NCBI GenBank assembly: GCA_002633005.1
Contig: NMRA01000002.1
Span: 698,044-762,043, forward strand
DNA from: Phoronis australis
Taxonomy: Eukaryota > Animalia > Phoronida
Reading direction: 5' to 3'
Length of the DNA: 64,000 nucleotides
The notes beneath the pieces are model-generated. The model worked only from the letters and a program-made list of their open reading frames with translations, was not told where the DNA came from and did not search any database. Shown piece by piece: positions 50,416-61,984 of the stretch. The position numbers were made by a program, and so were the translations under genes. Positions within the stretch are counted from its first letter, which is position 1; the number at the start of each line of letters is the position of its first letter.

Positions 50416-53400
50416 ACACTGGAAAATTTGTGTTTATCACTGCCGCTGAAGAACTGAAGTAAATACCGTGGCAGCTACGAAATTCCATTACTTGTGAACG
50501 GACTGGATAGAATTTCGTAGACGCATTAAGAATCTCGCTAAGGAAGCCTGTGTGATCACGTGCTTCGCTTATAATATATGGCGATATCTCGCGAAGTCTT
50601 ACATGTTCTTACGTTTTCTGTCAACACAGGAACGTTCTCAGCGACCGTAGTTTTGTAATTTTAACCATAAACATTGGGCATAGGTCGCACGTGCCTCCCA
50701 CTGTAGCGTGAAGGACAAATGGTGGATACCGGGAGTTGCCAAATTGACAAACACGGAGAAATGGTTTTGTGACGACCGGGAGCAGAAGTGGTGGAGGTTG
50801 AAGCTGAATTTGTATGACCCCTCAATAATCTACCTTCTACGATTCCAACCCCATACCAGTCACTCGAACCTCGAACCCTCGAACTATCCGAACGAGACAC
50901 TTGAACGACCCGTGGGGCGATTCTCTCGAATCGTAACTCCACTCACTCGAATGAAATGATGCATGCATACCCAAATTCAACTGAACAAATATGTGTCTAC
51001 ACGAATTCTAAGGCCCAGATCCTGAATATTTCGATCTTAGGACAAGCGGCAGAGTTGCCTGAAAGCACCACCTCTTCAATTAGTGACTGCTGAGAACGAC
51101 CCTGTTATTTACGTTTAAAAATATCTCAAACCTTATTTACAAAAATTTCCGTTTTTACAAAATTTTACGTACGTCTAACAAAATACCCTATCTTAATTCT
51201 CGGAAAACTTCAAATACGAAATACATAACGTGTAGTGAGAAAAAAGCCACCTTCGAACCACACAACTACGTAGAAATTTGTTTACTACTTATCCGAAATC
51301 AAAGGTTACAGGGGTGTCACTCAAATCGAATCTCCTACCAGGCACGGAGCAGTTCCGTACATACAAGCACCGTCAGTTTTTTTCATTCACCGAATCGTCT
51401 TAATATTAAGTCAACGAGGTGGACTCGTGATAGAAAGACGCCCGAGAAAACCAAGACAAAATGTAGTTTTGAGGGAGTTGTTTGTCTGTATGCATACGAC
51501 CTTTGAGAACGAATGCACGCCTCTGTGACTGTGTTTACGAACACAGTGAAAAGAGATAAATCCTCACCCAAATTCATTAGTTTGATAGGTATTTTGACAT
51601 TTCACTGTTTCGATTTCATGCTCACGGCGCTCTTTTAACACCGACTCGATTTTTGTTGACCATTTCTTACTTGGTTTCATATCTGCGCCTCGTGTGTGCA
51701 ACAATGAAATGTTGACCTACCTTTAAGTATGCCAACAGTTGACCCCGCGTGTCGGACAGGAGCCAGTCACAAAATTAAAACGTTTTAGTGATAATTAAGT
51801 TTATCGCGCACTGCAAATTTAGTTGAGAGTGCGAGTGAATGTTGAAATAGTGAGCATTGTTTAAGGCACGTATAGGTTATATTGACCGAAAACAAGTTTC
51901 TCCGAATAATTAACCGAAGACCTTGAGATTTTCACGTCTCACAACTTAATCGATTTTTTCTCGGCTTCGGCAAATCGACACAATGTGAACTTAGGAAAGC
52001 AAATTTTCGAAACCGGCTCGGTGTATTTCGTTGAAACTTTCGAAACTTAATATTTATTCGCCAATATATTTGCGTATTGTAGCAGACGAATACGACTGCT
52101 ATTTCTTACAAAATTGTCATACGTTTCGTGAGTTGATTTGTCATAGAAACCAAACTAACAAACTAATCAAAAATTCTTAACAGCATTTTGAGGCAACAGG
52201 TGAAGTTCTGGTTTGAAAAAGTGTAACCCCCGATACCTGGTATGCATTATAGCGGACCGTTCGGAAGAAAGCGTCCCCGTGATTACGCTAATATTAAATA
52301 CGCGACTTCTCATTGGGGGGAACATTCCCTAACAAAAGTCCCACGTCTTGCAGTCTTGCCAGACCAGATGAACAACGTAATCAGATACGTACACCTATAG
52401 TAATGAAGACGTAAAATCTATCAATATTTAATCGTGATTCGTTTTATTTAGAAGAACACTTGTATGGCAGTTAATTACTTTTGTGTCATCCACGTCACAT
52501 AAGCCATCATTCCTTTTGCGCTGGACTGGTTATTATGGCCAAGTGGAAGGTAAACAGTTAACGCTACAGGAATTTGTTTGGAAAACTACTACGCCCATCA
52601 ACTACATGTACGAGCTACATGTACGTATTGAGATACACAGCTATTGTTAGCTTCGACCTGGGGCAACATTGCCTAAGAGTTCGATCCATACATGACCTGG
52701 TATTGACCTGGAGAAAAGCTCATTTTTGTTCATCGTCTTCGACTTGTTGGAGTTTGCACAGACTTTAACTAAATAGCTGTTGGTCATTTTTTCAATTTGT
52801 TACCACCAGTTGGCACCGAATGGACATTTACCCATACAACAGCAAATCATAGAAAAATACATGTAAGCTGTTTCGCTAAGTAGCGATAGAGCATCTGCAG
52901 GCCGAAACCGTGGAGCACCGCCACAATTCAAATCTAATGCTGAGCGAGATTCAAGGTTTTTACAGATTTTGTGTTAAAAATAAGATAGACACTTTTTTAC
53001 TACAAAGTCACAGTGTAAAAATCTTGATATGTGAAGAGTATCGCTGGACCAAAGACTTAAAAAACCTTGCCCATAACAAAAAACTAATTCCAAAGGGAAT
53101 TTCCTCTCTTTTACGACTACCGTATATGTGATCGTTGGCTTCACCATTCGAAAAGCACGAGTAAAAAGGGATTCACCGACATGCAGTCTTAAAAATCAAG
53201 CATGCCGTTCGTACGCGGTACAAAAATCAAAATGCCCAGCCAACCTAGAAGTCGCCAATTTGAAATGATAAATTCAACTGTAGCTAAAAAAACTATTTAG
53301 TGCCACTACACAATATTTTTTGCAAGTTTATGTGGTAATCATGTCGTCAAGTTATTACTGTATATGTTGGAGTATTCAAGGATCAGAGCAAAATAGTTGA

Positions 53401-54420
53401 ACAGTGTCAAGCTTTCTCCTGAGACGAGTTACCCAAGTTTTGCTCACTGCGGCCGGGAACGATCAGCCTTAGCTTGTCTACTCTTCAGATTTTAGAGCGT
53501 CAACAAACATTGCTCTGGAAAACAAATATTGTAGCGAACCTTGCTGAATCCTTTAGGATAGGCAGTTTAGAGTTTTGCGGTCAAGTAGATCCATCCATCG
53601 AAAACTCCTGGGTCCATTACAGGACACTTTTTCTGCATTAACTTGGACCTAAATCGAGCTAACTTCAGAGAGAACAAAATGTTTTAAGTCCGCTTCATGA
53701 AATCGGTCAAAGCCAAGACAAGAAGTTAGCTTGCTTTTGAGTAGTTAAAAATTGGAAATTTGATACAAATGACCAAAACTTAGGATTTTTATCACTGTAA
53801 CACGTTTCGGTGATGTTTTTTACAATCTAATGTTCCGTTATTGTTGTTTTATTTACCAGCTATATATAATGTTCCTCAACAATGTCAAATTACCCACATT
53901 TCATGGTGTCAATCTTATTTCAATTCCTCAAAATGCGCATGGCAAACGATCGCTTCACTTGTTTTTATTTGTTGCCTGGATGTGTGTGTGTTGACTAAAT
54001 CTTAGTGCCTCGATTAGTTCCCCAACGTGGTGAATTGTCCTAACAGTAACAGGGCTACAGTAGTTACGTCAATCGCCGACAGGGCTTAATGACACGCTCG
54101 ACATGTGAGTATTGACTGAATCTGAGAAACAGGCTTGATTTTATGAAGTTGGCATTGAATGAATGCCATGAAACTGACACCTCAATACGACGCACGAATC
54201 TGTTAAACAGGATTGAATTTTCAAACTAAGGTTAATTGTTATCTTAAAAAAGATTGAATTTATTGAATTTCATTGACTCCACAAAACAGATTTCAAATGT
54301 TTTTGCACTTTACTCTTCCCATGTTAAGCAAAACGTCATACCTTTACTGACGTGGACAAACTTGTAATGGAAGTGCTCTAAAACTACCTTCAAATTACAA
54401 CGTGGCTACACACAAAAAAC

Positions 54421-55008
54421 ATGTACAAAAAGACCATCAACTCTGACGTTAACAAAAGTAATGTCCGCCCCGAAGCATCAACACCTGCCTGTTCAGACTT
54501 CATGAGAGAAAAGAAGTTTATGAACACGAAATCTGCCATCACTAGATCAGGTGCTGAGGCTGTAGCGAAATTAGAAAGAGAATATGAACTGACAAGCAAA
54601 GATATTGACACAGAAAGGAAGAAACTATTGGTGGATTATGAAAACTTGAGAAGAACTATCTCATTCAATACTTTGTTACAAAATAAAACCACTGGAAAAG
54701 ACCATGACGCTTCTTGTCGTCCCGCAGACCACGAAGCAGAAACCCAGTCCAACAACTTGTCTCCGAAATTGTCTCCAAATTCCCTTCAACGACAAAGACA
54801 CGACAGCTGGTGCGGTGAATTACACGCCGGCAGCAGTACCAGGTCATTAAGTACTTCACCCGTCCACCGAGGGCGCTCCATGTCGTTGATTGTACCAAAA
54901 TCAAATCTGGCGGAGCTACGTAAAAGAAAAATGCTGGAACACGCAGAAGAAGCCCACATAAAAGAACTAAATATGAAAGTGAGCGAGTTTATAAAAAAAG
55001 AACTCTGA
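54421..55008 (+). CDS. Uncharacterised 195-aa protein, single coding exon, two predicted coiled-coil helices
   Basis: Longest ORF in the window. AAAC-ATG start context, in-frame upstream stop at 54379, protein-like composition, no transposon motifs. Confidence 0.75.
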   Translation: MYKKTINSDVNKSNVRPEASTPACSDFMREKKFMNTKSAITRSGAEAVAKLEREYELTSKDIDTERKKLLVDYENLRRTISFNTLLQNKTTGKDHDASCRPADHEAETQSNNLSPKLSPNSLQRQRHDSWCGELHAGSSTRSLSTSPVHRGRSMSLIVPKSNLAELRKRKMLEHAEEAHIKELNMKVSEFIKKEL

Positions 55009-57209
55009 AGGGATTAAACCACACCTGCAAATCTCAACACAGCAACTAGAACTTATAAAAAATTCCCTCACTGACTACATGTAACTATTCTTGAATCAAT
55101 CAATTCGAAGAATTTACTGACTTGATACCATTTCAGTTTTACACTCTAATACTTTCATGAATGACGAACATGCTACCAGTATCACTGGCTAAAACGAAAG
55201 CAAAAACGCTAGCGTTTTAATATGACTGACTATCTTGCGCGAAGGGGTCATTTTCGCTATCAGTTTGTTTCCTAACCACCTGAATCGCTTTTGAGCAAAA
55301 ATTGATTTCAAAACACTCCAACTGTCTGCCATCGCGACAGTAACACAAAGGCCTCTTATCCCTGCACCTATGTGATATCTGAAGTGAGCAGTCTGGCTAT
55401 AAATGTATTAGCAAAACGCCATTAGTTTTGGGGTAACTCAAACATCCAGCAAAACACCACCAAAAGAGATCCTTTCAACCGTTCAAATTACTGACGTTGT
55501 TGGTTCTAGCGAAAGTTCCAGTTAAAACGATAACACCAAGGAGTGTACTACATACAACAGGAGAGTTCACTCCGCCATTTTACTGCAATGGTTACCGGTC
55601 GAAACACTAGCGCCCAAGCGGTGAATAATCAACACTTAGGAGCGCAGTCCGAACATTGTAAACACTGATAAATTCATACTTTAATGACATTCAACGTGCA
55701 ATAAAATTACTGTGTGATTGAAAATGGTTAGAATACATAAACTAACATCCACTTACAATAGAACGAGAAAGAAAATGTGTATTTTAATCAATATTAAAGT
55801 GAATTTGTTTTTATTCTCTTGAAGCTCCCATCAAAATCCACCATGGTTTTGTTTCATGTTTGAGTTGTTAACACGGCAATTATCGTTCCTTATAACAGTT
55901 CATACCTCCATGGACTACATAATTTGAATGATTGTTCCTGGGGGTTCAGAGGGGAATTCCCCCAGGTGCCAGCTAGGGGGTACCAGGCAAAAACCAGGTG
56001 GGCGCCAATTGGGTGTTGACCCCCTCCCAGGGGGGTTACATGGGAGGAGTGCTAAACAGGTAAAAACCAGTGGGTATGTATGCCACATGGGTGTTGATCC
56101 CCTCCCACCGTCACACATTCTGCTTGCTCCCCTGACCATTGACAAACATGTTGCTCCCAGCTCACTGCTGGTTTCATCTCCACCCAACAATTTCACACGT
56201 GTTCCCTATTCAATGCACCAGGCAACTAGCAATGCAGACAATTGTTTTGTGCAGTGGGTGTTACACAAGTGAGAAGAAGAAAGCAAGGCAATTCATCACT
56301 GCCACAAAATAGTATTACAATTTTAGAATATTCCATTATTTCTTAGACATGCCAGTATAGGGCTCAATCCCACTTTCCCACTCACCAACAGTTACAAGTC
56401 ACTTGCTAATCTGTAGAATAGCTCACAACTTACAAAACGAAGTAACATTGAGTATATCATCACTCATAACCTGGGAGTAATTTGATATTTGTCCTAGCTC
56501 ATAACTAGTCAAAGTTCAAATGTCATGACAAAAAAATTAAGAGGTACTGAACAGCAATCAAAATATTCACTACCCACACAGCTTCATACAAAACTGAATT
56601 AAAAAGACTTGGATGATAAAACCAAAATTTTATTTTACATACCCACTGTTCCTATTATCAATAACAGTAAATATTTCAAGTAAGTTAAAGCCAGACCACA
56701 AGGTCATATCTGATACCTAGCCACAACTGGGGCTTAAATAAATCACAATCTCCAAAAACGTACAAAATAGGAAACACATACACCAACCAATACAACAAGA
56801 AAATCTGACCAATCTTGTCACTCTCTATTAATTCACTAGTAAACAACAGCACTTTTCGCCAAAGAAATGCGTTATAAATAAAGCTGAAAACTAATTTACT
56901 CACAGAGGTGTTTGTCATCGAGAAGCAAAATGATATGGATAGCTTGGGTTTAACAAAATTTCAGCTCGCCATTCAGACTCTGAATTATCCATCAGTTTCA
57001 CTTTGGCTCTCTCCAAATCACAGGCTAACCATTCATAAAATGTTTCAATCTGATCAACCTTAGTAAAATACGAAAACCAGATTTTGACTAATTGTACTTT
57101 CTACACGTGATGTTCCAGTACTTGCTTTGTGAGATGATAATCAGAAATGCAAAAAAGCCTATTCCAGAGCTGTAATATAATTTCCGGAGAACTTTTTGAC
57201 CATGACATC

Positions 57210-57379
57210 TTCATTTTTGATGGATTCGGGACTTCAAATATTATTCGGGCACTGAAGTCAATACCAGCTTGTTCTTCATTCATGAACGTGGACTCCTCGA
57301 AGTGATGAGAGCATAACTTGCAGTTCTTGGACAAATAGGCTGCATCTCTATTCATAAGGTCAACTCCCAGCGCTTGCAC
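57210..57379 (-). pseudogene. THAP-domain pseudogene, exon 2
   Basis: Acceptor tttctgttcAG|. Reads (R)CKRW / DLMNRDAAYLSKNCKLCSHHFEESTFMN / KNKLVLTSVP / IFEVPNP across frameshifts. Confidence 0.85.
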
Positions 57380-58054
57380 CTGAACAGAAATCAATGACTG
57401 AGAGACTTAGGAACAAACCTCCTACTCACTAGGTTCACAGAAGACTGGTAGCCTACATAAAGTGCTGACACTACACTACAGAATTCCTGTCGTACTGTGA
57501 TTGTGATAGACACAAAAGCGTTTTGGTTTCAACTGAAAAAAAAACTCGAACTCAAACGTCGATCCATGGATATTTTAACAGGGCCGCGCCCCCGCATCAT
57601 TGACACATAGAATTAAGTTTTCAATGACGCACTGCTTAACTTAATTGGTTCAACTGGCACATTAAAATTATGTTGATTTTTTCACCTTTTCACCGAGACC
57701 CACAGATTCTCTAACTTGACTCATGACTGACTTGTGGCCCCACAGAGGCTGTGATTGTGTCATGGCAATGTCACCAGTCATTTTACCCATGGCCATGGGC
57801 ATGGGTATGTTTTCCTAAATTATCCTTGCGATCGTACGGGCCGACATTTTGATTTGTATTTCATGGACTGCAAGTATCCAAAAAGCTGACGATCGCATCG
57901 TACATTCATCATAGTCCTTCCGACGGCTGCCTAGCCTACAATGCAAACCGAACAGTGGCAACGGGACTGCGATCGATTTGTCTAACAACCGTGAATCTCA
58001 ACGCACAAAATGAAAGACAGTGTATCATATTATTGAATAACAGATAATCCTCAC

Positions 58055-58143
58055 CTTTATGGATGGTTAGGAAACCTAAAAAATGACACGTGTGGGGTTT
58101 TCGTGGATGAATTTATCACACTGCAAAATGCGTCCTTCCCCAT
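58055..58143 (-). pseudogene. THAP-domain pseudogene, exon 1
   Basis: aaacaATG, MGKDAFCSVINSSTKTPHVSFFRFPNHP*(R), donor AG|GTGAGG. One premature TAA. Confidence 0.85.
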
Positions 58144-59724
58144 TGTTTTAGGGCTTCCTGGTTGACATTTGCTTAATCACCACTTGGCGGCGCTAGTAGT
58201 TAGCGGTAACAGCGAACTCACAAATGAACTCTCCTATTCTATACTCGGAGTCCTATACTACTGCACTCCTTGATAACACCAATCACAGTAAGGAGAGAAA
58301 AAAATAAAAGCTGCAGAATAGCAGTGTTTTTGTTTCTCTTGTCGCGTCCGCAAGGAATGTGCCCCGGGCCCCAAATCTGCCTGTTTCGTACTGAACTTCC
58401 ACTCCGCAAAGTCATCCAGAACAATGTTATCTTTACTACAATTTAAGGTTAAGTAAGGCCTGGAAACTGGTAAGTTTTGACTTATTTTGGAGCATCATAT
58501 CTCAGAAATAGCAGATTATATACTCACATGGAACTTAAACTAAGTTTTGCACTAAGACAAGACAATGTTAAGCGATGCTTTAATACTGGCCCACTTTTGC
58601 ATGAGCTGCTATCAAAATTAGGACTTTATGATTTTTGTGAAAAAACATGCATACAATGAAAACGAATTGATAATGAAAAGGATTTTTATCAACTGTCATG
58701 CGTTTGCAATGGTTGTTTTGTGATGATTATAACTTGTTTACTAATTTCTGATTTACTAAAAGGACATGGTCACGTGATTCAACTACATATACTGGGACAG
58801 ATTGGTATAACTTCAAAATCAATTTCTACAGGGTTTATACCTTTAGAAATATATGCGTTCAGCGAGATAAAAGAACACTCTAGTCCAGAAAAACCTTCAA
58901 AACGAGCCAAACGCTCTTCCACTAAGCCAAATCCCACGCGATAAATAGCAGAATCTTTTAAGCGTATTATAATCGCACGGCAAAAATTGTCGATTTGTAA
59001 TATAATCACAAAACATAACGAATTTTGTTGTTTCATAGCTCTGGTGAAAGCTAGTAAATTCAGAAACCCTATCCACTCAACAATATTTATGAAAAGCGCT
59101 TGGAACGCGAAAAACAGTCTAAAATGTATTATTCAAAGTGATTCTCTGCCACTGAAACAAAATTCAACCTCTGTACCAGGTATTTTTAAGGTTTGTAACC
59201 ATTTTGAATTTATGTTGATGTCAAAGCATTTTTTATTTTGAAATTTAAAAAAAACAACCTGTCAACTGCATGCCACTTTGTCGATTTTCTCCCACAAGGC
59301 AAAGCATGTGTCCTTATTTGGCATGGCCACACATAAAAGTAACGCATTACCTTTATGTGGAAAATGTGACCTTTGACCTTTGATGTAAACAAAACAATGG
59401 CCACTTCAAGAAGCAACCAGTTCGATTAGGTGGTAATTAATGTATGTCCCAACTGTCTAAATTTAGTTATAAAGGTATCCTAATATTCAACTCTAAAATG
59501 CACTTGTAGGTCTTTTAGGGAAATTGCTTGCATCAGTGTCTGGCCTCATGCTGTGCTGTCGACGTCAGATTCGGAATGCGATCACACGTATCCACCATAT
59601 CCATCTTGTTAGGCAGCTATTTGTCGAATGACTGTGAGTGCATGCTCGCATTTATCATAAATGGGGGGGATGGGAGGGGAGGAGATTGGGGAGACCGAGA
59701 TGACTACAGAGTTTTCCTAAACAC

Positions 59725-60057
59725 AGAAAAATCAGGAACCCCAACTGGGAATCGATATCTGTGCAATTACTATTTACAGCCAACTGTTCAGTCATACATC
59801 CCGTGAGCGGCGTTTCGACTTTTTCACACGGGAATTAGACAACTATATATACAATCAGCAATTGACCAGTATGTGTTAATTAGATATAGTAAATATATAG
59901 ACGCTGAGGTTGGCCAGTAATGAAATATATCAAATAAACAAAGAAAAATCAGGAACCCCAAATGGGAATCGAACCAAAGATTTCCTCAGTAGCTCAGTGG
60001 TGAGAGCACTAGATCGGCAATCGAACCACAGGTCTCTAGATTGCCGGTCTAGTGCTC
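59725..60057. mobile_element. Rearranged tRNA-derived SINE fragments
   Basis: agaaaaatcaggaaccccaa.tgggaatcga is duplicated (about 59725 and 59942; minus-strand B box GGTTCGATTCCC). Plus-strand A box TAGCTCAGTGG at 59990. 19-bp inverted repeat at 60004-60022 / 60039-60057. Confidence 0.7.
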
Positions 60058-60441
60058 ATCAAAATAGGTCAATTGCCTGCACAGCCTCCCAAACAAAGTT
60101 GAGCAAAAATCTTATTCAAATCAAATGGAAACATTTTGTTACGAATGCATACAATAAATTTACACTGAGAAGCAAGATATCTGAAGGAAACTGTGACCTA
60201 ATCATCGAATAAATACTTTTATTGACACAACTGTCTGCTCTCAGCGCTCCTCGATTCTTCCTTCTCCCCTAAAAAGTTCTTAGCTCAAGTTCAGCAAATC
60301 AGCCACTTCACCAAATTCAGTTTCAGTTGTTATTTTCCGGTGCTACGGTCGACGGAGGAAATATTCCTATCACTATTCCCATTGCAAAGCTAAGAAACGA
60401 AAGAATAGACCTAGAAAATTAAGATTTTCATCGAATCTTAT

Positions 60442-60640
60442 AGGAGAATGCCACCCAAAAACAAACTATTTTGTATCAGTTTAGATCGAGTAGATCCACT
60501 CGATAACAGCAAGTACAGTTCTTTTACCTGACACCTTACAGCAGTCGGAGGAGTTGAAATTAACAAATGGCGTCTCAGATTCGAACGCAGTCTGCTCAGC
60601 AGTTCATAACACGCTTACTGGTATTGTTGGGCTATAGATT
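60442..60640 (+). mobile_element. Kolobok-type element end, homologous to 8575-8772 (inverted)
   Basis: aggagaatgccacccaaaaa..tttgtatcagtttagat.gagtag..ttacctgacacct..gttgaaatta..acgcagtctg..agcagttca.aacacg..tactggt is shared with the reverse complement of 8575-8772. Confidence 0.8.
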
Positions 60641-61689
60641 TGAAAAAGTTGGGAGCAACGGGAAAACGCCGTTATGGGTCAATACACGGAATAATGTCGA
60701 GTGGGATATCACTTCATCTACGCCAATCGGGGTACGTTTTGTATTTATCCCACCCAAAACCGAGATTTGATAAAGGTTTCTCCAGCGTGCAAGTGCATTT
60801 CATGGAGAAAATGTGTATTGTGTCGTACCATTGCTGGGTACGTAGTTGTGAGGCACATACTGAGTATAAGCCTCAGCATCAAATTGTGACCGTGATAATG
60901 AATGTGATTGCAGTAATTAATTTTTCAAATCGGTAAATGACCACTTTTAACGCTACGCGCTCTCCTATTTTTAACGCGCCCGCCGATCTGCGCAACTTAG
61001 CGAAGGATTGCCGAGGAAGCAGTTTGATTACAGGAGTATTTGGTCGAGTTCGAAAACAACAAAGACATCGACGGCCTCCTAAGGTGCCCCTCTATGCGCA
61101 AAAGGTACTTTGATTTTTTGATTAGAGGGAAGCGTGATTCGCTGAAAAGCTTCTGGCGTATGAAGCACCTATAGAATCTTCACCGTCTCAAAGACCGGTC
61201 GAGACGGTGGTCACTGCATACCTACAAGCATGCATTGATCGTAGTCTTTATTATCGGATACCTCAATACATGAACGCACCAAAAAGACCATGAACTGTTA
61301 CCAGTGTACACGAACTCAACTCCAGCTAGCTAGACAGCTGCATGTTTGCTATGCTGTCCAATCTTCGTTTAGGCACGGGTATGTCAATTATGCATACATT
61401 TTAAGAATGAACAAGGAGCAGTAACATCATCGTGGTTTCAAAATGAAACTTAGGCTTACTGAACATTTTCTGTCTTAAACATTTTAAAGTGGACCGGTTG
61501 CTTTTACGATTGCATGATTCTAGAACTAGTCCTTCTGTTGGTTTCAAGTAACGGGTGGTAGCCAAAAGATGTCGCCGCGAGTTTGACGTACAGTAAACCT
61601 GACTAGTCTTACTATCCTTTTAGTGAAACGTGACTTCACATTATACAGGCACGTAGGAAGGCAAAAATTATTGGGGGGGGGGGGGGGGA

Positions 61690-61704
61690 NNNNNNNNNNN
61701 NNNN
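61690..61704. other. Assembly gap (15 N) after a poly-G tract
   Basis: N run, inside a GC-rich hAT-like MITE remnant at about 61646-61818. Confidence 0.99.
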
Positions 61705-61833
61705 CACACACCATTTAGACTTCGCCAAACAACCCCGCCTCCCCCATCGCCACCCCCAACTCCCCTCGTCCCCGTGCTCCCGATGCCACCATATTTGTAC
61801 CGAATCTCCCACGTCTGCCCTAGGTGAGAGGCA

Positions 61834-61984
61834 CAGTGGAGGATTTAGGGGTGGCCAAGGGGCCATGACCTCCTTAAAATTCCAGATTCTATTTGGAAGT
61901 TCGGGGGTGCAAATTTCTGAGGGGTGAAACCCTGGCTAATACTCTGCCCTGGCCCCCCAACTCAAAATCCTGGATCCGCCCCTG
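61834..61984. mobile_element. hAT-like MITE
   Basis: Ends CAGTGGAGGATTT / GGATCCGCCCCTG with internal ggccatg / tggcccccc. No matching 8-bp TSD. Confidence 0.6.

Larger units (their letters stand above)
55556..58238 (-). mobile_element. 2.7-kb non-autonomous TIR DNA transposon carrying a THAP pseudogene
   Basis: TIRs AACAGGAGAGTTCA (55556-55569) / TGAACTCTCCTATT (58225-58238), plus matching subterminal blocks gttaccg..actagcgcc..caag.ggtga. No clear TSD. Confidence 0.75.
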
